Below, one piece after another: positions 26,079 to 40,742 of a stretch of DNA of 64,000 bases. The DNA comes from Nymphaea colorata (taxonomy: Eukaryota). Where the stretch lies: assembly GCF_008831285.2 (NCBI RefSeq), contig NC_045138.2, forward strand, positions 27,218,001 to 27,282,000. The letters are read 5' to 3'. Each line of letters opens with the position of its first letter. Position 1 is the stretch's first letter. The notes beneath the pieces are model-generated. The model was given only the letters and a program-made list of their open reading frames with translations. It was not told the DNA's origin and did not search any database. The translations under genes were made by a program, and so were the position numbers.

Positions 26079-29000
26079 TTACTTTGTTCGCTCTTTCTGG
26101 TTCATCAGATCATGGTAATAAAGTAGAACGCACATTGGTTGTCCAAGTATGCTAAAAAAGCACCAGAAGATCATATTCCCCACCTGGTATACGAAAAGAA
26201 GAGGATGATGCCCGTGTTACATATGACTATGACAAGGAAAAGTAGCATCCAGTGCAACACACAAGAAAGTACAATCACATAGGTAGGTCAGGGCAAACCC
26301 TGACATAAGAAGCAGATAAATTGAAAAGACCTGATTTGAAGAACAGCTGATATAGAAACACTAAGATGACAAATTGTAAACATTCAGTAGATGATGTACT
26401 AGACATGTACCACATCCAGTTCAGATAAAACAGCCACTGCCATCTCAAGGTAAAAAGATAATGTATAAACATCTCAAGGTTTCATGAAAATGTATAAAAT
26501 GAGTTCAAAATGAGTTCAAACATAAAAGGAAGGCTGTAAAACAAACCTACCACCTAAAAGTAGAATAAATTGAACCTAAAAAGCTATATACAGATTATAC
26601 TCCAGTCAATATGAAGTATAAACAGTTTATTTGTAACTGCATATAAAGAAAATAATCAAGAATCATAAGTTATGACGACATTAGCTGAGCCTGAAAGCCT
26701 GAAAACGTAAATCAAATTTTAACAAAAACAGAGATCAGAGTTCCCACGTCCAAGATTTTAGAAAGTTTTCCATTACCAAATTAAAATGTTTAATATCATA
26801 AAATGGCATGTCTATTTCATAGGAAAGCTGAAAATTATGAACTGAGTTTAATGGGTTACAAACATACTGTAAATAGACAAATAAACACACTGTAATCAAA
26901 TGAGTTAAAACTTACAGAGTTACAGACTATATAATGAAACAGAATCTATATAAACAGTATTGCATTAAAATTATCAGTCAATATAGATTATAGACAAATC
27001 AAATGAGCTATAGAGTTACAGAAGTTATAATGAAACAGAATCTATATAAACCTTATTTACGTTAAAAAGTCTACCATATAATATATAAACAGTATATTAT
27101 TTTTAAACAGTCACAACCTAAAAAAGTGCACCGCAACAACCTCCAGCACCAATTTAAATCTTATTAAATAGTCTTTGAGAGCCTCGCTGTGAGACTCTTG
27201 GACTTCTATGGACTAAGTGCAGGCTTGACTATTTGCACCTAGTCCATGGTAGGATTGCACCTAGGCGCAATATCACTTGCATTGCCTAAGTGCTTGGACT
27301 TAGGTGATGCAGGTGAAGTAGCGACTAGGTGTGTGCATAGGTGACGCCTCAACAACATATGTCGAGTTTGAACTGAATAAAGCATCTATTTAACACATCT
27401 CACTCATAACAAAGACAGCCATGGGTGTGAAGATAGTCTCCATCCTGTGGTCAAAACAGAAGACAAAGAACCAATCCAAATTTCCCTTCTTCCACCTTGA
27501 CAAGCCAAAATCTTGCAGGGCTAGGAACTGCTTATTTTCATGAGAATCTTTTAAAGCTATTATTATCTGCGAACAAAAATTTTGCATATCCAGTAATAGA
27601 TATGCCTATGTCTAGGAATAAATTGGATTTGTTAACATCCCTATTCATTGGATTTTCCAACATCACAACTCAACTGACTCGACAAGGCCGGCAGAGTGTC
27701 ATGAAATATGAAGTAACATTTATTTCACCTTCCACCGCAGCCAATTCATATTACACTCTTCATTATATCACCAACTCATACGCATTTGATAAGTATTGTA
27801 TTCACAAAATTCATTACTTATTAATCCCAAAAGCGTTTCTGAAGCATTACTTGGCTGCAATTTCTAGGAAAAAAATTCCACCTGTCCATCATGGCTGCAA
27901 CTTCTGAGGAAAGAGATCCACTTATGCATGATGACCCAGATTTGTACTCATTAAATTAGATCATGAAGAAAAATTGAATTAAATTATAAACTCATTCTTA
28001 ACAATCTCCTTAAATGACAGTCCTTAAACTTCTAAATGCTAATCCAAGAATTGGTGAGGAATATAAAGGTCAACCAGGGCCAGCGACCATGATCTTACCA
28101 TGTTATTTTGAAACTTGTGTTGAAGATAACTGGTAATAATCACCAAAGGAACCTGGAAAATAGGTGACATGAGTAACCTTGCTTTGCAAAGAGGATGCTT
28201 AGACCATAGAATGAGATCATAAAATAAATGAGACGAGTAGAAGCATGCATAACATCAGATTTTCAGGTGGTAAGGCAGACATATTAGCCTAATATCGAAC
28301 TTTATGTTAATAAATAAAACTAAATATGAGAAATCATGCATACATGAAATGAACAATAATAATCCACATACTGATGGTACCATAATACTAAGAATTCATC
28401 ACAAATCAGAGAGAATGACGTGGAACTTATAAACTTACTCAGCTTTAGAAATCATGTACTTTAAAAATTCTTTGAGAATACTGGTAAATAAGGGAACATT
28501 GGAATTTGGATAATAATGTTTCTGGACAATTTTCTTAAATACCACGACGTTCTGCCTAATCTGCCCATCCTTTCAGCAGGCCAAAAAATGGAGATATAAT
28601 TGTAATATCAAAAATACTAGCGACATGGGTTAATATAATTCAAGCCAGTAGTAAAGAACGTCCTCTGATTGATGGGCTGAAACTCAGATAAAGACCTAGA
28701 GGAGTGTTAATATTTTTAAAATATTAGTGATACTGGCTAATACAATTCACCCTAGTAGTAAAGAACTTCCTCTGACTGATGGGCTGAAACACAGATAAAG
28801 GCCTAATGGAGTGTCTCTTCCAACAGTAACACAAAAAATAAATGGTAATTGGTAAGTTTTTCTTTTTCGAGATCACAGGCTCCAAGTTCCAACACAAAAT
28901 AATTAAATAGTAAAACTACTTTGCTTTCTCATCAAGCATATTAATATAAAGAGCAAGGAACACCAGGGTCTAACTGTTTGCATTAGGGCTTTGCACAAAG

Positions 29001-29248
29001 CACTCAGTTTGCTGGCATATAAAATACATGTGTCTACAATGTATACACACATGCATGCATATATGTGTACTCTCCCTCTCTAATATAGCTATTGTTTCAC
29101 TAGTACGTAAACGAATCATTTTTTCTCTTCATTAATATTTAACCCTATTGCTGTCAAGTTTTGGGCAGCTAATAATCAGTAGTACCTAATTGCCGCTTAA
29201 ACTAGCCAGTATGTATCCCCCATGCATAGTCTAGGACCCATTCTCATC

Positions 29249-29279
<31 letters not shown>

Positions 29280-32200
29280 CATGAGCCGTTCAATCCTTTT
29301 TAGACATAACATTTTTTCATGTTTGCACTGCTCTCGCAAAATTCATTTGTTTGTGATTAATCCTTGGCTTTGAAATGATAAAGATTATGCTAAATGTGTT
29401 TGGATTTATTTGTTGTTTTTGCATGTAATTTGCTATGTCTAACAGACCCCTGTAGCAAAGATTAGCAGCACAGAATGCAGACAGTGAGAACACCAGGAAG
29501 TAACTCCATATTTTAAAGCCTTCAGAAGAAATAAAAGAACAATTACACCAAACCAAGCTCTCATTCCACATGGCTTCTTCAAAAAATTGATAAAATGAAA
29601 AAGAAATCTGCAGTACAGAAGTACATGGAGAATTTCAATTTTAGCAGATGTCTACCTGAAACATAATGCCAATAAAGGCCCACATTGTGAAGATACGGCA
29701 AGGGATGCCAACGCATAACTACACAAAAGAAAACAACATTTATCAAAAAGTCACAAAAATGGAATAAAATAGTTAACATTGAAGAAAAGAAAATCAAGAA
29801 CAAGAGTTCTACTAGACTAGAATTTTCACCAAGCAGGACAAAATCTGAGGAACATGTTCGTGAAGGAAAACAATTCATAATGACAAATTATTAGATCATT
29901 TTCTAAAGATATCAGTAGGAAAAATAGGAGCAGCAGAGACCTCAGTAAATAATTTTTTATTTCTATATTTCATATCACTAGTAGGAAGCAGAATTCCTCC
30001 AATCTATTCTTAGATTTACAAGGGTCACAGTAACATCTACTACCTTTTTCTTCAACTACAATTTTAAGAAAATTTTGGTACTCCATGCCAGAATTCTACT
30101 GGATTGAGAGGGGTTGATTCAGTTGGATCTTGTCAGGCCTACCTTTGTATTGGATCGAAAAGCAAGACCTGTACCCAACACAATTAAAAGTGAGACCAGG
30201 GTCAAACTTGGGCATAAAATTTTTAGGTCTGGATGAGCTAAATGGTCCAGGTGCCAAATGCGTCGGGTCAAATGATTAGACCCAAAGAAGATCCAATTCA
30301 ATCAGTTATAGGTTGGTCAAGAGTCAGTTTTAGGTAGGATATGCTAAGGTTGAAACTGAAGAGTGAAGACCCCTACAGGTTTTAAAGCATAGGTCACTTT
30401 CAGTTAAAGCAGAAAACTTAGAAACTATGTCACCAAAGTGCGAGATGCGGGTGCGGCAATTTTTCAAAAAAAATTAGATGCGGGTGCGGCGAGGGTGTAT
30501 ACACATGTGTGTGTATATCATTTGTTACACAGTTATTTAACTGTTTAATAGCCTTATTTATTTATATTTATATATAAATTTTGCATTAAAAATAATCTAG
30601 TTATGTGCACATTTAAAATGGTCAGTTTTGACCCAGTTCAGCTGGCCAAACCGAATGTGCTGCGTCAAAGAAGCACCAGCACCAGTGTCGACACAAGTGC
30701 CACATGGGTGCGTAGGCATTTAGAAGCACCCAGGTGACATAGCTTAGAAACTATGTAGGTGACTGATCCAGATCAGTAATGGATAAAGACTCAAAAACAT
30801 ACATGACAGTTGATATATTTTATTGTTTTTTGGTTGGTTAAGGGTTAAAATTGTAGTCACCTATTGGCCAAAGGATTAAACACATATGGGGTAGTCACAA
30901 CCCGTCTTTATTGATCTAAAGTTTTGGGTGAAGAACAAATAGGCTAAAAGAGTCGGGTGCATGGAAAACATACTATGCAACAATTTTTGAATTAGTAGCT
31001 ATAACTATTAGACAGTTAAAGGCATTTAAGCATGGGATTTGAACTATATAATAGGATTTATTCAAAAAAGGATTTGTAGATCAATTTTGAAGTGGGTTAG
31101 TTGTAAGGCAAGCTGGGCTGTTCATAACTAGGTTTATCTACATAATGGATTGAATATAAACAAGTTTGGGTGCGAGATATGCCAGGCATACACAGGCTTG
31201 AATGTATAACGAATTATGTCTGGATTAGTTCCTATGACAATAAGATACTTATTTTGATTCGTTCAAAATGGATCAGGTCAAAGTTGAAACCAGGTTTAGG
31301 TCTACGACTCCACAGTATATAACACAGATTCAACCTTTACCTAAACAAGTATCATTCTGAGACCCAGCCTTTTCTATAAGTCCTTTACAATCAGTCCATG
31401 TAGTCAACTCGGATCAGGTAAACCCAACTCCGTGACGCCTCTTAGTTTGGACTGTTGAAGAGTATAGCTCAAAATTACAAAATACCATAGAAAATAAGAG
31501 TTTATAAGTACGAGTCTAGGCCCTAGGGTAAGGTAGGGTGATAGCAGCAGTTCAGCATTTCAACAATCCTGCCATGACACATTGAACGCTAGAATGGCTG
31601 CACAAGAGCCTTTTCTATTTTAGAAAATATACAAGATTTACTATAACCTCTTTCTATCAGAATCCTTGCTCAAGGAGATAGAGCTACCTGTTAAGATTAT
31701 ATAATGCCTAGACCATCTAGTAATTAGATTGTGTACACTAGCTTGCTTATTCTACATGGAGATCAAGCAAATAGGAGTTTTCACTAATTGTTTCTTTGAA
31801 ATTTGTGATTTCTGTAGGCTGTTTTGGTTGTGTTAGGCTTCTCAATACCTTTCCGATAATAGAAATGGCACATAGCACTTAAGAAGGCCATAAAGTTCAG
31901 CAGTCATTACATGCCAGAATACAGCACCATTGAGGTCAATCCATGACCTAATAAGTTCACGTGTAGTAACAATTTTGTGTTACAAATATTCTATCTATTT
32001 TTCCCTTTTTCCATCTTCCATGATAAGGACTAGCCTTCAATAGGTTAATTGAATAGAAACACTGGAAGAGCAAAGAGAACTGTAAGAAAACCAAAGTCAG
32101 CGGGAAACTTAGCATACCTCATGAAATAGTGCTGAAAGAAGGAAAGCAATCATAATTGCAACTCCCTGTAGCAACAGGAGAAATAACCACAGCTTCAAAA

Positions 32201-35200
32201 ATAGCATTCTTGATAACGCACTAGTCAATGTAATGGGAAGTAAAACAGTTAATCACAACTATAAAAATCTATAGAAGGACAAACAGCCAGAACCATATTC
32301 AGTCTAGTTGTTCTGACATGCAAACTAAACAAGGTTGTACTGATTGTCATACACATGCAGTAAACAGAGATAACTTAGAGAGCCATTATGCTTGGAAGCC
32401 TAAGAATTATCTCATTCTACGCACATTCACCAAAAATCCCTTTAAATACTATCGACATTCAGTAATATAAATTTCAAATAGATGAGGGCTCAAAATCACA
32501 AGAGCCTGAATTTTTGTCACAGTTACTCTATTGCCAGAATTCCTCTAAATACTTCACAGCAGGTTCCGAAGTTTGTATCACAGCTACCCTATTGCCAGAA
32601 TTTCCTACACAGGAGCTACATAAGCATGAACAATAGTTCCTTCAAACATGGAACAAAAACTTGGTTCCATAAACATATAAATTCCAAGAAACTGGACTTC
32701 AAGTGCTTCCTTTAGACTTGGTTGGTAACTTGATCCAAAATTGTCCATCAATTACAGGCATGCTTCCCGATCTTTCAGATGAATGGCAGCACATTAACAG
32801 GTAAATGGGGAGCATTCATTAAGAAAAAACATCCTTCAGATAAGTGTTAGAATTTAAATATTAGACATTATGTAAGTATACATATGTTTCATATATGATT
32901 TGTATATATGAATATCTATGTATGCATAGGTGTTATGTATTTTATTTTATTTGCTTCCTTTTCTTTTTTATGTATTTTTTATTTCTTTTCTTTTTCTATT
33001 TTTACCTTTTCCTTTTTGTAAAAGGGAACTAGCTGTTGGACCAGCTTCCAACGGCTAGATTTCTAGCCGTTGGAGCTGGCCCAACAGCCAACTCCTCCTT
33101 CTTCTCTCCCTTTCATTGTACTATATATATGGGACTGTTGTCCCTTGTTTGGTTAAGGCTTTTAGGCCTCTCTTGTGTATTCTTCTCTTGAGATTAATAG
33201 ATTTGGTATCTTCTCCTCAAGTTTGAGGCTTGGTTGTGTATTACCTATTGAAGTTGTTGGGATCTTCAAGAGTGTATCTCTTGAAGCATTTGTATTCTCA
33301 AGATCAGGCCTGATTTACATGGTATCAGAGCTTGGAAGATCCAATTATTACTCTTTGTGTTGCTGTCTTTCAAGCTTGGAAGATCCAATTATTACTCTTT
33401 CCTTGGAGCTGTGAAGCACACCAAGTTTGTGATTTATTGAGAGAGGGAAGAATAGCACACTCTCGCATGTGTGCATAAAGAGAAGAAGAGAGAATTTTTG
33501 TCAGACTATTTGACATAAATCTCTCTCAGAATGTACTGAAGTACAGAGTTTGAAGTTTGAACTAAAAAAAACAAGCAAGGACACAAAAAACTCATAGTGA
33601 AAATGTACATAACTTGCTGCCACTATATTCCTCACTTACTAAAATGCAAGCATTTGAATTATAATGTTGAGCTCAAATATGTAAGTGCTTTTTTTAACAC
33701 AATCATATAAGATTTTTCCAATTAAACTTAAGAAAAGAATTATCGCAATCCAACTCCAAAAGATTGTAGGGTTGTTCAAAATTAAACGACAGTCCAGCAA
33801 GGTAATAAATTTAATTGATCCAAGCTTGAACACAAGTCAAATATGGCGTTATACCTTTGGTAATCCATTCCGCAGACAAGGAAAGTAAATGTGGCGGATC
33901 ATCCATTTATGAACTGGCTGAAAAATAGTCATTTTTCCAGTAAGTGGCCTTCGGAAAATCATCAAAATAAGCTCCATATTTTAGACTGTATAGCACGGTA
34001 ACACTAAAAAATATGAACTCTACATGCATAGCCACATACAAAACATATCTCAATATCAGGTAACTGACTGTGACAGCTCAATTGCACATCTTCACATATT
34101 CAAGGAGAAGAAGGTGAAGATGAAAGAAACACAATGTGATGGAAAACATTAAAGTTGAAGATAAAAAAGATGCCAATCTTAGAAAAAAAAATGACAATTT
34201 TTTGCCAATACGTGAGGAAACAAATGGCAGCAATGATAGTTAAACCATCCTCAGTAGCTATTCACCAAAAGAACACTGGAGTAGAATTCAAAACGTTAAA
34301 AATGCAGGAACTATGAAGAAGAAAATTTCGAGTACAAGGACCATCTAGAAATAAGAAAAGGAATGACAACAAACTGTAAGACTTGAACACCTTCGAAAAT
34401 TACTAGGATATCCCTGACCCAATGTTGGCCTCCACATTTTAGCCCAAAAGATCAGCATAAGACATTTTCCAGGCAGTCAAAAATCATAGCCGCTAACAAT
34501 ATGTTCATGCTCTTAAGATGCAAAACTTTAACCTATACACACAAAGTGGCAACTGAATGCATGAGAGGTATCAGTATAAAGATCCATCCTTGAAGCTTTT
34601 TCCTTACACGTTCTTCCACAAAGATTAACATGAACATATAGAAAGATCTCAACTTCAAGACTATGTCACAGTGGCACGTGGGATACACCGGTACTGGTAT
34701 GGCGGTACGGCAGTGGTACGTTTGGATCAGTTCCAGGTCGGAACTGATCCAAACCATTTTTTTTTATTTTCTCCTTACATTTTAACCATATTTTTGTTAG
34801 TTTATTTATGTTTTATGACATTATATGTAGAAACTATTAAAATTTGTCTTAATAATGTGTTATTTAATAACACACACACTCTTTTGTTTGTCATACCCCC
34901 GTACCAATATTTGCTAAAATTATCATACCCGTAACCGTACCCGCTTCCTGATACTTGTACCCAAACCCATATCTGTACCTATGTGACATAGCTTCAAGAA
35001 AGTAACAGGAAAGATTATGACAAATAAAAGGGCAAAAGAACAAAAGAAAGGAATCATCAAATATGCTTATTCCATTGAAAGAATGCAATTTAAGGTACAC
35101 ATTAAAGTATTTCTTAGAACACTGATAGTAATGTACATCACTTGCAAGCTTGACATTGAAAATGGAGGAAGCGTACCATATTCCACATTCTCCAATACTG

Positions 35201-38200
35201 ACCACAGCAGCAGATCAAAGAACACCAAAAAAGAACTTATGTAAGAAAAAGCTTCAACTAAACCAGCTACATAAGCATCAAAGTATCATAACTAAGATTA
35301 AGCACAAAAACAATCAAGCACCTACCTCTTCCACAGTCTTAGCATTCCACCAATCTTTGTAGAATTCACGATCACCAAAACGCAGAAGCTCCGCAAGTAT
35401 ATTTAACCTTCAAATAGTTCCAAATAACAGTATTGACATGCCAACGCTTAGAACGACACTAACGGTCAAAGAGTCACATAATGTGTGTTCATGACAACAT
35501 ATAGCAGAACAGAAAGGGAAAACTGAGAACAAGAGAAAATGAACATAAAGTTTGAAAAAGCATGCAGTAAGTAGGTATATGTAATTTCATGGAATGATGG
35601 AAGCAATACATATCCCAACAGAAGAACATGGAAGCATGATCTATGCAGATCTTCACATCTAGGCAACTACTTTAAATAATTTGAAGCTAACACAGCATAG
35701 ACAAAGCCAAATCAGGGTTATCGAAAGAGCCATGGGGCAATGCTTCCCAGGAAAAATGCTTTGGGAGTGAGAAATGCAATGCTTCTAAACGGTCATTTCA
35801 ACAAGCAAGGTCAGTTCCCATGAAATAGGAAGTGTGATTCCTTATAAAGGGAGCCTCTTTTCCTATTACACATTGGTTATATGTATAGTATTAAGTAGTA
35901 TTCAGTATTCACAGCTATGTTGCTTAGACATGCCTTGGACACGCTGTTTCCAAAATGCAAAGTGTCTAAAAAATGGACACACAAAGCCTTTTTCAACACG
36001 TTTCTAAAAATAGACACTTATCATCTGAGAAGTGTCTGACACTTCTTAATACACCGACACGTTGCCCAACACCTCAGCATTTTGTAAAACCCTAACTCCA
36101 TTCAATGGCTGGCCTTCGACACTCCATCCAAGGGTTCCAGCATCAGCCACCAGCCGGTTTCCAGCAGCACATAGCCAGAAGCAAAATTTGCTGGAAATTC
36201 ACCAGTCGGAGAATCAGGCATGCTGTAAAACTGAAATGAACAAATTGTCATTTGTCAAATGCTTATTTAATTGACGAGTTGCTTTTGCCTCTTTTCTTAT
36301 TCTTCTGGTCTTCTCTAACATCCATCCCCTCTCCTTCTTCCAGTCTTCCATCATCGACTCCTTTTTTTTGGGCCTCTTTCTTTCCCTCTATGCAGTGCCC
36401 TTCTCTCTCTCCCCTTTCTCTACCTTTGTCTCTCGCGGAACCTCACGGTTTTTATTGTCTTGTTGAAAACTGAAAAGCCTCTCATCAAGCTTAGAGATGC
36501 GGCTTTTTTAACATTTGTTGTATTATTTTTTATTATTCTATTGTTCCACTGTATTAAAAATTTAAAAGTAAGACAAACAAACAACGAACACTGTTGCAAC
36601 AGTGCTCTTTGTCTAGGCCCTGTTCCTTTCTTTTGTGTAATTTAGCAGGTCATCAAGAATCATATATGCACCTTATATGTTTCAAATTAGCATGATTCAT
36701 TTTTGCTTGCAGAATTTACTATTTTCTTCTTTGTAAATTTTATATATATATATATATATATAGGAGCGGTGCTAAGATTTTTTTTAGGGGCGGGCCAAAC
36801 GGTCCAACGAACTTATCCGGGTAAGGCCAAACAAAATCAGAATGCAAAAATACATTAGACAACTAAAAATTTTCAAATTTTTTAATGTAATTTTTTTTTT
36901 TCAGTTGGCTGAGGTGGGGCCACGGCCTAGGCAGCCCCCACCCCCCCCCCCTCCCTCCGCCCCTGTATATATATAGTCCAAGTGTCTAATTGTTTGGGGT
37001 TCACCGTGTCCATGCAACATAGATTCACAGGCACGCAACGCAACTGTGTCCAAGTCAAATTTTAGTTCCCTTATACAAGTAACTTCAAGGAATTTTCTTT
37101 TGATCCCCTTTTCATTTTTGAGTTGCTTCCTTCTCCATTTCATGATTCATTTTTTGTTGCTTCATAATCTGCTCTGGCCTTCATTCTTGGCTTGCTTCTA
37201 TCTTGTACGCGGCTTCCCACTTCCTAATTTTCTTTAAGCTACCTTCGTTCGTACTTCCAATTCCCATACCGATTTTTTGCTTCCACTTCCATAGTGATAA
37301 CTTTGGCTCAGACTACAATCATGTCCAACTTTATTGTCTTCACATGCCCCTTTTAACAATTTGGCTTGTCCAAGTCATTAATTGTTACACATAAAATATA
37401 AATCAATTATTTCTCAAGTTTCTTGGTAAGCAAAATAGAGGAAAATGTCCATAAGCTCACACCTTCATTTTGGGGTAAGAAATAGGCTACTGAATCTCAG
37501 ACTCCATCATAGTAATGGCGCTCAGACTCCAACCTCAAATTTGATGCTTGAGCATTGTTTTTTTATTATCAGCAAATAAAAGTTTCCAAGTCGTCTTCTA
37601 TATAGATACATAATACATATACTCTTCTTTCATTAGACAATACCTCAGGCCAAACTTATGCACCTAAAAAGCTCATTGAACTAACTTAACTGCCAAAGTG
37701 AACTGGGAAGAAATTGAATAATTGAGCTCAAGCTCACCACAAACAATGAAATGGTTTTTCTGTATAAATTCTACTCATAAACTACAAGGGTTACTTATTT
37801 GCCTAGAACAGCTTTATTATCATCCTTAAAGAATAACAATTGGTATGATTAAAATACTTGAACAAGATAGCATTGATGGACATTTCATGCCCTTGTTTTT
37901 TTTCTTCTTCCCCGAGAACACCGAGAGTGATGACGAAGTAGAAGACCTCATTATGCTAAGAAGCACTTTACCAGAATAAAATGTACCAGAACATCAGAGA
38001 AAATGAGTAATGGTTCACAAGGACCAGAGGTGTAGGCTGTTCCAATAAAGAGGTTTTTCCCTGAAACGCTTTTTTATATTCCTTCATTATAGCTGCACTG
38101 TGCATTTGCCTATAAGTTATGAACAAGTAATAAACACAAAAGAAGACGTGCCCCTCACTTCCTGAGACCATGATGACATTGAGCCTGTCCAGATAGCCCA

Positions 38201-40672
38201 CAAAAAATGAAGAAGGAGAACAGGTAAATGATCGATATCGAATAATCTAAATTTCTAATACATTAGAATTCCCCATAAAGAATCAACATAAACACTCATA
38301 AATTACCCAAAAAGAAGGAAGCATCAGTATTAATTTGGCACAATAACCAAACATGTTCTTGACAGTGTTTGGTGGCTCTGTCGTAGATATCAACAAGACA
38401 AGGTACGCTAATATTTCAAACTAGTTACTGACTAACTACAACCATTTTCAAGTTGAGCAACAGTAAAGGAAAGAAATCAACAATCAGTTAGGAGGCTTAT
38501 ACATACCATAGGTGGAAAAAACAATAAAACATGCATAGCCAAACATACAAAGTTGGCACGGACAGCTTCAAGACCCTTTCCAGTGCATTCAAAAAATTCC
38601 CTTTCAAAGGATGCTGAGAGTTCTTAACAATGGGATTCATGTACTGCAAAAGTGGACAAGCAAAATTAATTTATTGGAAAATGGTTTGCAAAATTTAGCA
38701 ATAATAATAGGAAATCAATGGAGAGGCTAAAAAAAAAAGAGCAACAGCTTACCTGTTCGATGATAAAGCCCATCACACCAGTAAAAATAACCAATTTAAT
38801 AAGTTGACGAAGTACCCATCCCTTCCGAATGAATGCAGTACGAGGATAGCTAAGCTATAGAAAGATGAGTCCTTCTTAGTGAGCTTATGAAATACAAGCT
38901 AATTTCTGATAAAAGTTCCGAAACCTAGAGAACAGCATTAGTGATGGAAAGAAAGCAGTGGAGATATCCTAAAAAATCTTCCCTAGGTATGGATGAATAA
39001 ATTGTTCTAAATATAGGAGCAGCTTCTAGATAGAACAAACCTATGTCCTGTCTTTGACAGATTAATTGACCCAAACGTGATCAATGGGTCACCACTATAT
39101 GGGAATTACACTTTTGAACATGACAAATCAAGTTATTTGAAGGACAAAATTTTCTTCAAAAGATGTTCACAGACAAATAGACAAATGATCTTAAACTAAC
39201 ACCCTAAGGGAAACCTTTAAGGCCCTGCGATCGATTACAAACAATTAATCTTCAAAGTCCAAGCCCTTCAGAACAAAATAAGATAACTACGTAAGAACAA
39301 CGTACCTGATAACATAATGTTGGTGCTACCATGAAATATATCAAACTTCCTAGGTTGACATGATATGGAGATTCCAGCTTTGACAGGAAAGAAGATCCTT
39401 CGCCCTGTAAACAAAAAAGGAAAGCAGAAAACAACTGTCAGATAAAAAACCTATAGTCTCACAGCTTTAATAAAACATAGCAAAGTAGTTGTACAGTAGA
39501 TTACAAGTTACAACTTCCTATTGTTTACCATTTTTTTGTAGCAAAGAAAGAGTTTCAACAAGGCCACTTTTGAGTTCTCATTTAGCAATTCATAAAAAGG
39601 GTGTTCTGACATAAAACACCATAAGAAAGTGGAAAAGGTATAAGATAAGGACCAGAAGAAGGATTGGTGAAACTGCAGCCCAGAAATAAAATATGCTTAA
39701 CTGAATGGAACAAAATGAAGTTTTGCCATGCTATTCAAATTTCCATCAACTAATCAACGTATTCCTGAAGTTAAGAGTGTCTATTTTAAAAAATAAAAAA
39801 TAAAAAAACTTGCAACTGATTAGCCTAATTCCTCAACAGAAGGTTTGGTACGACAAATAAAGAACAGGGATCATTCCTAGAAGATAGCCCCTGAAGAACT
39901 ATGGACCGAATATCTCAAGCCATGTGCCTAACCAAAATTTTGTTCCAGAAACAAGGGAGCTTGTTTCTAATTTTTCTACTAAATAGCCTAGAAAAATCCT
40001 CCCACGTCAAGTCCAATTTTTGTCAAATGAGTTATTTGACATTGCAAAGACGCTTTGTCACGACTCTATACTAAAGTTGGACAATTACATTAATGATGTA
40101 TTACCTTCATTCTTTCCTCCAACATTATTTCCCTTAACAATATGTGGAGACCTGAGGATTTTTACATGATTCTCAGGTCGACAGAAAGACAAAGTGATTA
40201 TCCTTATTACAGAATCCTATTTTTCTATGGAATGTTTGCCAATCCCCTGAATAGTGGGGGGAATATTCCCTCCATGTAAAAGAGATGTTCTAACGTGCAC
40301 CCATAACAGTCTGAAATTCTGAATTTTGTGTTATCAGCTACCTATATCCTTAGACTGTGCCACCCTCAGATATGTCTGCTATGTTTGCTTCCCAGTGTTT
40401 TAATATGTTCTTCAAAAATCTAATTGCATATATTAATCCAAAAGATATGATAATATGAGAATGGAAAAAACAACTTGAAATTCCGATGTCTAAATTGGAT
40501 TTTATGACCTGAGAAATCTAAAACATTAGTTTTAAAAGCTTTTAGAATCTACTTTATATACATACGATATGCATTTTTTCTGTATGAGTCCGATAGATTT
40601 TTAACATTTTGCATTCATCCCTATGGTTGGACAATGGAAAAAAATAGGACTGGTGGTGCTTGAGGGCTAGGA

Positions 40673-40742
<70 letters not shown>

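Noticed and set aside
31848..31910. Possible duplicated or alternative DGAT1 exon ([11 protein letters not shown])
   Set aside because: Only superficial similarity to exon 13, wrong phase, and no good acceptor.
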